Below, in pieces: positions 39,881-52,269 of a stretch of 64,000 nucleotides of DNA. The notes under the pieces were generated by a model that saw only the letters and a list, made by a program, of their open reading frames with translations, had not been told where the DNA came from and did not search any database. The position numbers and the translations under genes were made by a program. Every line of letters begins with the position of its first letter. The stretch's first letter is position 1. Origin of the DNA: Antedon mediterranea (taxonomy: Eukaryota; Animalia; Echinodermata); NCBI RefSeq assembly GCF_964355755.1, contig NC_092676.1, positions 20,416,871 to 20,480,870 of the forward strand, read 5' to 3'.

Positions 39881-41278
39881 ACTGCACTATATTTCTGCTG
39901 TATTCTGCTTATGAATTCATTTCAATACAGTGATTTGGTCCAATTGTGTCAAAGTTAATTTGTGGTTTCTAAATTAAATTCCATGTAACATGTATGCTGA
40001 TTAATCAGGATGTATCAACCATTTTCAGAATATGAATGCTGAAATATATGTGATAATACATATTTCTATTTATAACTAATTAATGTACTTTTTTTAACTA
40101 CATAATGCTAAGTTTATCATTTAAGGATTTTTATTTAAACAAATTGATATTTCCTAGCATAAGAAAAATGGTTTTATTATAAGAGAACTCCCCAAATACT
40201 GTACAACAAAACCTATTCCTGTTTTTTTACTATATTTCTGTTGAGGAAAACAATTTTTGTATGTACAGTACGGTACACCTTTTTTTATGTAACAAATATT
40301 GGTTTGATTCGATTTGACTTGTCCCGCAAAATGTACAGGGAGCAACATAGTCTATTTCGTGCCTGCTTACCTGGATAAACCTACAATATAGCCTCTCTCT
40401 CCGAAGAGAGGATACAATTTACGAAAAAGAAAAATCCGTATATATAACATAGCACCCCTATCGGATAATGCACGCATCCGTAACCACGCCCTCAAGAGGG
40501 AGCCATCCAACGTAGTAGCGTCATCATTTCTTTTCGTACTGCCGTTGTGTTCGTACGTGATACAAAGAACGATAGATAGATAGATAGATGTTGGTTTGTG
40601 AATTTTAATATACTGTACAATATAGTACATGGCCAACGCCTATTCATGGACATCATTACTGAATGTCCCAAAGGTGTCACCTTAAAAGGGATTATAAATA
40701 TGATATAAATTATATATTTTTTGGATACAGTAGTTAATAATATTGTATTATTATTAATACAGTAGGTTACAAGTATAGGATATGAATATTTTATATCAAT
40801 ATTGATTGTCTATTGTTAGATAGACAACAGTCCAATTTATGATGCTTATGTCATTCGTAACTCCTTATTTTCTATTGATTTGACATCGTTCGCTATTTGA
40901 TTGGTGACGCAAACTGTATACAGTATTCTACAATACACATAATAATTGATTGCACTTGTAGTCGGACATGGACATTTCTTCTTTGATATTTTTATACCAT
41001 TATCTCTTGTTGAATCAATTCTTCAAAGCAGCAAAGAAGCCCTAAGCCATCTATTTAAAAAAAATGAATTTCTTCTGCCGCAACGAAAGGTCATTGAAAT
41101 ATTACAAGAAGAAATTAACTCTGGTAGCAACATATTTTCCATTTTGCAGTTAATATCTGTGGCACACAAAATAACAGTTTTACTATCTGCAGCTCTTTAT
41201 AGTTTATAATGCAATATACTGTGTTAGTAAACAGTACAGTACATGTATTTACAGTATGTTAAGCAATGGAGTGCCATC

Positions 41279-41463
41279 TTAAGCTATGTCTATACTATCA
41301 AACATATTCCCAAACATGGTAGTCATATACAGTACCCAAATAAGGAAGTGATATACCCATATATGGTAGGCCTAGTGATTTGACACCATGTCCATACATA
41401 TATATGTACAGTATATGGGCACATATTTGTCACATTAAGTTTTATAGTGTAGACAGAGCTTTA
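41279..41463. mobile_element. MITE family A copy (opposite orientation)
   Basis: TIRs at both ends; internal sequence is the reverse complement of the other copies. Confidence 0.8.
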
Positions 41464-42976
41464 GATTTATAAAATAATGTTAATATACTCTCCCAATTCC
41501 AGATTCTCTGAAAACCGTACTATAAACTCTCCCAAGCCAGACTTTTGCAAAAGGTCCCAAATTCTTCTTTACCAATAAAAACACATTCTGAATACCAGAC
41601 TTTCTGGAAAACCAGAGTTGAATGTATACTAAATTAGAGAGGGTTTTTATATACCTGTAGTGGGATATTGATTGTTCAACCTACTACAGTATGTCTAGAG
41701 CCTTAGTTTCCAAATACAACAAAATTGATTTTTAAGTTGCGCTATAAACAGTTTTTAAAGTTTAATGTCAGCAGTGAAATAAAAGTGATGTTGATTCATA
41801 TAAAAAGTATCAGTTTCCTTCAGAACAAATTACAAAATATGATTTTTTGTTTTTGTTCCCAGATGACTAATTTTAAAACTGGATTTTCACACCAATATGT
41901 AAACTATCTTGTTAATGATCTTGTACTTAATCTGCAATTAAGCTAGGCCAATTGCTGCGGCCATACTGCAATTAAACCAGCAAGCACTTTACTCATTTTG
42001 CCACTGAATATTATAATGGTTTCACTGTTTTCTTTGCTTTATTGCAGCAAATCGACTTCATGTTATCAAGCTTTTATGTATCATTAACATTTTGTTGTCA
42101 TAGTGCTGTTCCAATATGTTTTCAATGCTAATTATTGCACAATCAATATGTATGCTAATTATTGTATACTGATACTGTATAAACATTCCTTGTAAACAGA
42201 GTGTACATTACATATAGACGCATAAACTGTTTTGCTATGATCTTTCACCTAACAAAACTCTGGAGTTTATACTGTACACGCCAGGACATCAACACAAATA
42301 TTTTGCATGTCCTTCCCCCCCCCGACGGTGTCTGTAACCTCCAGTGGCCGTATTCGCCATTCCCACTTACGCTAGGGAAACAGTTACCCTATATAATTTT
42401 AAATCTCCTATCTACTGTAAAGTGAGTACAATTTAAGGGAAATACTTAAATACTTATTAAAATAATTAATATTTATGGCAATACCTCACTTCAGTGTAAG
42501 ATTTACTAGGAGTATTAGAATAGGGAAACAGTTTATGAATCTAGATACACACTATGTTTTGAAGGGTTATGTACATTACTGTACTGTAAGTAAGTTACGG
42601 ACGTCATACTACAAGAAATATTTACATAAAATCTAATCTAAGAGAAGATATAATGGAAATGAGCATTACTATATCTCCCAACATCTACATTTGTAAACTC
42701 AAAAACTACATTTTCCAGAATTGTATATATCTTGCTTTAGTCTTGCCATGGAGTAGTGTGTTGTAGCTGAGTTATAATAATAATAATAACAACTTTATTT
42801 TCATTTCATTTTCATTTCATTTATTTTTGTCTCATAAAAATGCAATATAAAAAAACATGGACATGAACAAGAAAACATCACGCAAAACCAGGCAGAGACA
42901 GGATTCCTAAAAAGCGAACTTAATCACTATCTAGTAGGTCTCCTATTGCACTGATTGTATAAAAAACATTTAGAAT

Positions 42977-43070
42977 AAAATTTGTATTAAACATTTTAAT
43001 GTTTAATACAAATTTTTACAAATTTTTGATAGTATTATATGCAATTTTAAAAAATTGCATATAATACTAT
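42977..43070. repeat. Two adjacent perfect AT-rich inverted repeats
   Basis: 19-bp arms with a 2-nt spacer (42977-43016) and 20-bp arms with a 2-nt spacer (43029-43070). Confidence 0.9.
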
Positions 43071-45220
43071 ATCAAAATAAATTAAAATATATATTTAAAA
43101 ACGGATGCAACATTTGAATCACCAATTTGGTATTTTTCACAAGAATTTAAATTTTGGCCACTCCAAGATCAGCCAAAAGCTCTCAAAGTATTTATATTTT
43201 TCAGCATCATACCCTGGACCGGCCCAAATCATAATTGTAATAGGGTATTATAGATTACTGTAAAATATAACCTACAGTACAACTTGCACATATGAGTACA
43301 ATAGTACAGTATTATAAAAAAGGGGGTATACTGTAAAGCATTGAAATGACACAATGTACAGTCCAGTATATTGCCTGTTGTACATTATTTGTTTAACCTT
43401 TGTTGTTGTTTAAACAATATAATAATTTGTATGTTATATCACTGACTATCATATTTCGATTTTAATATCATTCATGTTCTTCCTGATTGTCAGTTCTTTC
43501 TGTTTTGAAGTATATTTATCAATTTTATATTATCATTATATTTACAAAAGGTCAAGTGTTCCAAAAAATTAAATATCTACCAATAAATTAAACTTAAAAA
43601 TGCTACATACTGTAGATGTGAAGTATAATTGTAAATCGTAAGTGCTCATCGCAAATACGATGCTTGATTTGCGCTGGAGGATTTAAACGTACGTGAATCG
43701 TTATCGTTGTACGAACGTGTGTCAATCAATCAGGACGTCGACGTAGTAATGGAAAATAAGGTTTAACTGTACATTTGTGGTTTTCTATGATATTAGTGCA
43801 GATGGTAATGGTTAGGAACGTTGAACTATAATCACGGTAAAGCCTGCCATTTTAGAAGTACTATTGAGATTAGATGCTTAGTTAGAGGGTACTTATAGTA
43901 ATGTGATCAGCATATGAGTATGCCATTTTATCCCTACTACGTTTTATTGTGTCACGTCAAAGCATACTTTTTGTACGTTTTTAAGTGTGAATGACTCCAG
44001 CCTTATTTGGTTTTTTTTTAGAATATTTCGAGAATGAATAATTGTGTTTATATCAGTGTATTTAAATGTTGTTGAAGAGTAAATACTGGTTCAAAATGGC
44101 TAATAATTAATTTGTCATTTTTGTCATAATTTGTTGACATCATTTTCATTGTTGGTTTCTATTCTGATCCCAACAAAGTGTCACTATCCAATCAAATTTT
44201 AACAATACCATAAAAGCCCATGGGTCAGGTCTAATGGAAAGGACAGGGAGGTGAAAAATAATTATCATTTTTCACCTCCCTGGTTACGACATCTGTATAT
44301 TAAGTACATATCATTACAGTATATTATGATTTGATGAATAAACATATTTGTATATGTAGAAGGTTCCGAGTTTGAACCTTGGTGTGGGAAACTTTTTCTC
44401 ATTCTCACAGATTTTCTTTATCGTTTTGTAAATTAATTAATATTCCGTATACCTGTTAATTTATATAATGATAATATACAGTAGAAACAAATTAACTCAT
44501 TGTTAACAACAATAAATAATTTCTTGGTGTTTGAAATCTTCGCATACATAGATTGTACAGTTACCGAGTACAAGGCGTGACTTCAATCTTGCATAGTGAT
44601 ATTAATGATGTAGCCATATGCCGTTGTCTCTCTTCGTTGTCTCTCTTCATGGTCGACTCTCTATTCATATTTAATAATCTCTTTGGTATTTACCAACACA
44701 AGTACTGTAGTAAATCACAGCATCAGTACCAACCCTCATTTTTGTATGATTTATTTGATAACCATATTTATTTAATATTGATAGCTGATTAAATTTAAAT
44801 ATTGCTTAACATGTGGTACAGTAGACATTGACGTAGATATACTTTGTTATTAAAAAATATATGACATTCTCAAAAAAATGTTCTTCATTGGCATAATACA
44901 AATTTCTGTAACTTACAGTATGCCTATAAGAAAAACATTTAAAATACATGCACTTTACATACTAAGTGTTTGTTTATGAACCAACTACCGTATTTATTCA
45001 AATTGCTCAGGAGGGTTTTTAGTATGGATTTCATTTGAGGGAGGCGTTTATTCGGGGGATTTTTGGATTTAAAACTAATATGGTAAAATGTATAATCAAA
45101 TAAATCCTCCTAGATATGAAGAAATACAACACAATATACAACACATATAACATCAAGTAGTGATAACATACAGTAAAAATTGTATCAAAATGCTTGATAA
45201 ATTGTAGATCATGTCAATTA

Positions 45221-45889
45221 CCGTACTGACGCGGGTATAAGCCCATACTCGGGTATAAGCCCACCCCCGACTTTTGACTAATTTTCATGAAAAATGAGGC
45301 ACTCGGGTATAAGCCCACCCATTAATTCGAAGATCTACAGTGTGTGTCGTAATACATTATTTTGTAATTGGCGACGTCCATACACCGAATACACCTACCT
45401 TTGATCATAACCAAGCTAGGCTAATATACGCTAGGCCATATGAGGCCTAGCGGTCTTGTTTTGTTTACACTCCATCGTGGTCGAAGATCGCTTCACACAC
45501 GACGCTACAAGTCGCCAAAACGGAAAACCACTATTTGGTATCGGCTGCCATAAACAAGCTTATTAAATTTCTTTGGTACATTTCTATTTAACGAACATTG
45601 TATACTTGCTTTTCTGCTTGATAAATTCTTGTTAAATTGATGTTTAAAATAAGATATTCTACAATAAATTACACGAACTATAAGCTTAATTTTCCGACAC
45701 TCTACACCTCGTGTATTAGAGACACAACGTCGTACACGTGAGGGCGCTCGCTCGCATGGTGGAATACACAGTGTACATGTGCTGTTTTTGACGATCTGCA
45801 TTTTTGGATCCTCGGGGTATAAGCCCACCTCCCAAACTTAACATGATTTCATGTTCGAGGGGGGTGGGCTTATACCCACGTCAGTACGG
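45221..45889. mobile_element. Tc1/mariner/pogo-type non-autonomous element
   Basis: TIRs CCGTACTGACGcGGGTATAAGCCCA / TGGGCTTATACCCaCGTCAGTACGG, TA on both sides, internal repeats of GGGTATAAGCCCA. Confidence 0.85.
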
Positions 45890-48800
45890 TAATAAATTCT
45901 ACTACAAGTAGACATATGTATATTGTGTACATAATATGTAAATCAATTGTGTTGCATACTAGCACTGTGTAAATTATATATGAATAATACTGTCAAATTA
46001 TAGAAACAGTGCTCATATTCGGAACATGATCTCATAATCGCGTCGAGGATAGATCATCGACGAACGTTCGATTACAGGGTGAGTATCATACCATAGACCA
46101 CAGGGCATATACGGTATTATCTTATATATGCATATGGCGAGCATTTATTCGGGGAAATAAATAAATGCTTTGATATGATACCCAAATATTTCGCTAAGAA
46201 TTTTGAATTTCAATCTATATGCGTATACTTACAATATTTCAATAATGAAGTGAGGATGGATGGCAATTTGGGAAATCAAAACAGATTAACATTAATCTAT
46301 ATTTCATCCAATAATCCACTGTTCTTATTTTAGGCTCCATTAAGCTTTTAAATCACAGTTTTAATAATTATATAGTTTAAATTCGGTTCATTTTGTGTTT
46401 TAATATCTGAACCAATGACCCTGGGATTATGGATGAGCTTACAACCTCCAAACCACAATGCCATTTATAAAACAATAACGCAAATTATATTTTAAATATG
46501 CAAACTACATCTGCATTTTATTTGCTTGTGGCAGAAATAGGCCCTAGGAATTGTACAACTGTCTTGGAGGGGAGTCCGTAAACATTTTTAACTTTTCGCC
46601 TTGAAGGGGAAAGGCCTAATGTTGGTTTATCCAGGTAAGTTAGCACTCATACAGACTACCAATATCACTGTTTGTGTAGTATTAACTTCTTTAGCTAAAA
46701 AATATTTCTAGGGATTGTGATGGAATGATACTAACTGTTAGGGTCTGTTTCTGCTGCATAGAGCCAAATAAACTATTGACGGAAATCAATAGCATTACCC
46801 AAAATGCAATGGGCTCTGGTGGTTAATTCAAACATTACTATAGTGTAGTTGACTCAATGTTAGCAAATGCCAATATAGCCATTATTTTAAATTGCACAGC
46901 AATAATAGGTTAAATGACGTTCTAATAACATTGAGTCGATTGGCTGTCTTTATCCGTTATTTTCAGGCTACCATTTAACCGGTTACTGAAAATCTGTCCA
47001 GTTTCTGCTGCCAAGAAACTGGAGTTAATTTATTCAGATTGTTAATAACTGGTTATTTTTTAAGAAGCAGAAACAGGGCCTAAAAAATTGACACAGTAGG
47101 CCTAAAGCTGATCATATGAAACTTGCATAATTATTTGATTTGTTTTCACTTTTAGAATTGTGATAAATACGCCGCAATGCACAAGTAAAATAATTACTGT
47201 ATAATTATTAAGATGACTCTTATACAATCATATACTGTTACTAGCCAATAAGAACCTCATAATTAAATCTATAATAATAAGCACATGAATTATCAAAAAG
47301 ATAAATTTATCTTTCAACACCTTTAACAGGTGAATCCCACCTCTCTAGAGTGATAACTTATTAAACTTTTATACACATTGACTGAATTCAGAGTATTAAA
47401 TATAGTTATCCATTAATAATTGAAGCTTTTTAACAGTTAACATTTTAATTTTGAATGATAGAAAACAGATATTTTAATGACATAATTCAATTGCTTTTCA
47501 ATGATGTAGAGTTTTCATATTATTATAAATAATTTGTTAAATTCATAATGGATCCAAAAATGATGTCCAAATGCAGATGTTTTGAAGCCTTTGTTTCTAT
47601 CCATGTATAACATTCATTGTCTATAAGTTAACATTTTCAGTTTTAATGATAGAAAACAGATATGTTAATGACATGAATTGATTCAATTGCTTTTCAATGA
47701 TGTAGAATTTTCCAAAAAATAATTTGTAATTGATCTCGAAAATATAATTAATTGGAAATCCTTGATTCAATTTTCATGTATAACAATGATTTTCTATAAA
47801 TATTTTGTTCATGTAGCCTACAACAATGATTGTCTATGAGTAGTGTAGGCTTGCATTGTATGGGGTGGGGATACAAAGTTTCCGTAATTCTTCATCTGTA
47901 TACACACCAAAATATATTATAAAAGTTTAATTGAAAAAAAAACACAATTGTTTGCAATGTATATTTTGTGTTGCTTTGTCAAGTTTTATTATAGCACAAT
48001 ACAAAAGAAAGATATATAGATATATGTTTAATAGTCGATAATAAAATATTGTGTTGTTGTACGTATAGCATTTTGTTGTACAAATCAGACTAGTTCCTCC
48101 ATTAGCATTTATTAAACCACAATCCGTACTTAATGGGTTTGAAGTGTAAAAAAGGTTTGAGAATGACACAGTATGGGTCAATGAATAAACAAAATAGGGG
48201 CTCTCAATACCGCCTATAACCTACACAAATGACTAAAGCCTTTATATTGTTAGTAAGGTTGGGCAACTATTGTGTTTACGGTGACGTGTTCACTGTAAGG
48301 AATGTGTAAGGCTTTGAAATTTAAGGCGTTTTAGGAACCTGTTCTTAGTCAGACTTCACAGAGGACTTGTCATTGCTCTGGTGAGTACTGGTTTTTAGGA
48401 GTTACCAATTAGATATTATTGGAATTTATATTAAGATTGTCAAAGTGTATGTTATTGGAAAGTGAAGATATTTCAGGAAATCGTGCAAGAACATTACTAG
48501 GTTAAACCATAGAGAAATCTATATATTTCCTCCATGGTTAAACTTGAGATCTGCCTGAATATTGACAGTTAACTGGAGAGCAAAGTGGTTTGGAGAGTCT
48601 TAGTTCGTTTTGAGATAGTAGGCCTATGTTGATAAGAGTTGACTGTGGTTTATAACCATTTAAAGTGGTGTTAGTTGATTATATTAAGTTTTCTCCATAC
48701 TTTCTGCCCAAAGGTAAGGTTAGAATAATTGGCTTACATCAAATTGAACCAAAGATAAAACTTTAGCCACTCTTGGCGCCTAGTAATGGTGATTGTGACA

Positions 48801-49035
48801 ATAGTTGTAAGGGACTAGCCTACAGCAACTCTTGTACTCAAGGTAAAGTTGATCTATCCCCATTGTATAGTGTCCTGAGTTTCCTGTGGTTCAACCGATC
48901 ATATTTGAAAAAAAATAAGAGAGTATTCTTAATGTTTGCAATAAGGTGAATGGAATTAATAAAAACTGCTGAGATATTATAGTAAATTGATGTATGATAT
49001 CTCCTATACATTTTACACTCAATTACTTTGTTATA

Positions 49036-49557
49036 TTTTTAGTCGCGTGGAAGCGACTCTATAGTTCACTATGTCGGTCGGTTGGTCGGTCTGTCTGTCG
49101 GTCCGGTATCACTATGCGTTTTATCGCTTTCTGACCTTATCTTGATATCAGTTTCATCTAGCTAGGTCAATTTTTCACAGTATATTCCTTATGGCCAGGA
49201 ATCAATGTGGTTATGTTTTCACGGTGCGCAATAAAGAATTACGCGGTCTAAGCGTTTACAAAATTGCCATGAGTGCGCATATTTTTGCGTTAAATGTTAT
49301 TGCGCACTCTTTTTGCCCGATTTCTGTTTTCTTGACTTACTTTTCAACTCGAAATTACGTTATACGAGCACGTCAAAAGTGACAGGCTACGCACGTGTAA
49401 ATTAAAAAAAATATAAATGTTTTTAAACATTTCAACATTTTTAAACATGTTCAGTAATTTCGGTCAGTATAGTTCACTATGTCGGTCGGTCTGTCGGTCT
49501 GTCGGTCCGGTATCACTATGCATTGTAGCACGCGACTTAATGGCTGTTGGCCTTGTT
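49036..49557 (+). mobile_element. Helentron-associated non-autonomous element (HINE/DINE-1-like)
   Basis: T-run + AGTCGCGTG start, subterminal inverted CACGCGACT, GTCG/GTCT microsatellite blocks (duplicated), short 3' hairpin ggctgttggcc then TTGTT. Confidence 0.75.
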
Positions 49558-50048
49558 AAATCCATGAACAAATTAAGGAAATATAACTCGGGACACAAAA
49601 ATCTATTGGTTCTTTAAAAAGAAACTGTACTAGAATTCTGTAACTAAACTTTCTATTTTACTTGTAAATGAATGTACTGTATATAACAAAAATAGTAACA
49701 AAAATAGAAAATTAATTTAATTTTTAGTTCCTTATTGCGTTTCAAGTGTTTCCATTGTTCAGACTTAATCTGATTTAGAAAAATAAAATAATATGCTCTA
49801 CTTTCCAAATCAGAAGAAGAAGAATATTATTCACTTACTAGGTTTTAAAATAAGTTGTCAATTAGGGAATATAGATAACACTATAGGAAACATTGTGTTA
49901 TCTTCCATTTCCATGTTTGACGTTGGGTTAAATCCATTTTAAAGGAGGTACTATACTTATAAAAGAGACAATGTAGTCAGATACAGTATTTTACAGTATT
50001 GGCACTTGTTCTGTATTAATTATTAATGTACAGTAAGGAAATGAGCTG

Positions 50049-50722
50049 TTAGGAGCCCTGAGCATTTTTTGGTACATGGCTAGGATCCCTAAGCATTTTG
50101 TGTTACTTTGGCTAGGAGCACTAAGCATTTTGTGTTACGTTGGCTAGGAGCCCTAATCATTTTGTGGTATGTTGGCTAAGAACCCTGAGCATTTTGTGTT
50201 ATGTTGGCTAGGAACCCTGAGCATTTTGTGGTATGTTTGCTAGGAACCCTGAGCATTTTGTGTTATGTTGGCTAAGAACCCTGAGCATTTTGTGGTATGT
50301 TGGCTAGGAACCCTGAGCATTTTGTGGTATGTTGGCTAGGAACCCTGAGCATTTTGTGGTATGTTGGCTAGGAACCCTGAGCATTTTGTGTTATGTTGGC
50401 TAGGAGCACTAAGCATTTTGTGGTATGTTGGCTAAGAACCCTGAGCATTTTGTGGTATGTTGGCTAGGAGCCCTAATCATTTTGTGTTACGTTGGCTAGG
50501 AGCCCTAATCATTTTGTGGTATGTTGGCTAAGAACCCTGAGCATTTTGTGTTACGTTGGCTAGGAGCCGTAATCATTTTGTGGTATGTTGGCTAGGAACC
50601 CTGAGCATTTTGTGTTACGTTGGCTAGGAACCCTGAGCATTTTGTGTTTACGTTGGCTAGGAACCCTGAGCATTTTGTGTTACGTTGGCTAGGAGCCCTG
50701 AGCATTTTGTAGCGTGTTGGCC
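50049..50722. repeat. 32-bp minisatellite, ~21 copies
   Basis: Unit TTGGCTAGGAACCCTGAGCATTTTGTGGTATG with interspersed variants, no spacers. Confidence 0.95.
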
Positions 50723-51276
50723 AGTTCTTTCTTGTGCTGCCTTATATCATCTCCTTGCTTGTGGATCCTCAATATTTTTCAACCTGGTGCTACTACAGCT
50801 GAGTAAACTGGGAACCGTTCTCACAGTATCAGGATTAGAACTATATACATTGGCCCTTTCGTAGAAGTGACCGTTACAAAATAATGATTTACTTCCAGCA
50901 TGGGTTGTAGGAGTATTGTGTGTACAACAAGAATACTAAACATCAATCATTGTATGGCATGGGTTATGGAAGCTTTATAAAGTAATATTATATGTACATG
51001 TTGTTATTTTTAGCATAATACCGTTAGTAATTTCTTATCAATTTACTTCCTTGATGATGTAATACAGTATTCATAACAGGAAAACAATAATATTATTAAG
51101 TATAATAGTAACTGATAAATACTATTAAGGGAATGTTTGCTGCCAATTGTTTTATTTATAATACAATATAGTGAGAGTTCACACCTTTTTTCAACCCTAC
51201 CTTGTTGTATACAGGAGATCATTTGTTATTATAATCATGTGATAATGACTATTTCAAACGATTGTATGTGTGTACC

Positions 51277-51378
51277 TAAAGCTCTGTCTACACTATCAAA
51301 CTCTGTGTGACAAAAAAAAAAGTGATGTTCTCATATGTAGACATGATGATGTCATATTACTACCATATTTGGGCACAT
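51277..51378. mobile_element. MITE family A copy (truncated)
   Basis: Left TIR plus internal sequence only. Confidence 0.75.
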
Positions 51379-52269
51379 TTTATGTAATGTAATGAACTGA
51401 TATTTTTGTTTATTTATCACTTTATTAATAGCTTTGACTTTAGTTTTGCATTACACTGTAATAAACAATTGCTCAAAATATAAACTTTCAAAAGTAACTC
51501 GACATATCTATCTAGAAAATAATAATATTCTGTAATTAAAATGGTGTTATGTAAATTTTATCGTTTTCAAAAATATATACAGTACACATGTATTTTTATT
51601 GTGTGAATGAATATTTGGATGAATACTGGTAAAAGAGGTGAAATAAACAGGGGTCTTAGTTAGTTCAGGGAGCACTTATTTTTTGAGCCAATTTGGGTTC
51701 CCCCCGCCCACCATGTCCTTTCAAACCTATTATAGAGATCATCCTCGGAATAAAGACCTATTAATGATTATAGATGCTTGAGAACTGTACAGTGGTTTGA
51801 CTTTGCAGGAGTAGAAATTGACAACACAGGGTTAAATATTTGAATTAGTTACAGTTGACAAAATGTCTTTTGTCGAAGTTATTGTCACACCTTAAGTTTG
51901 TAAATACCTTTCCTTTGAGTTCGTCATTTCAGCTTCATTGACTTTAGTAAATCGATGACAACCAATAGAAAGACCGCTATTAACTTGTATTAATAGTCAT
52001 TCAATCTATATTGTGCAGGTTCGCCTCTCCCAATACCGGACTCTCAGAAAACCGGAAAACTCTCCAAATGCCGGACTCTCTGAACACCGGAAACTGTCAA
52101 TATTTGAAACTAAATTTCACTTGTTAAAGAGTTCTATAAAGATTTTTGTAAAATATTTGCAATTTAGTTCTTATTGGCTTACTGTTAAATAATTTTTTTG
52201 ATATTTGTTTTATTTTTTTAGTCATTTCAATCAAAGTTTGAACATCTCTGAGAAGAACAAATAACAAAC

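Noticed and set aside
39135-39958. Repetitive ORFs (LRNFKLRK...)
   Set aside because: Translation of the TTGCGCAA arrays in a transposon's arms.
50049-50722. CRISPR-like array (32-bp unit)
   Set aside because: Units are contiguous with no unique spacers, there are no cas genes, and the context is eukaryotic. The same applies to 61514-61817.
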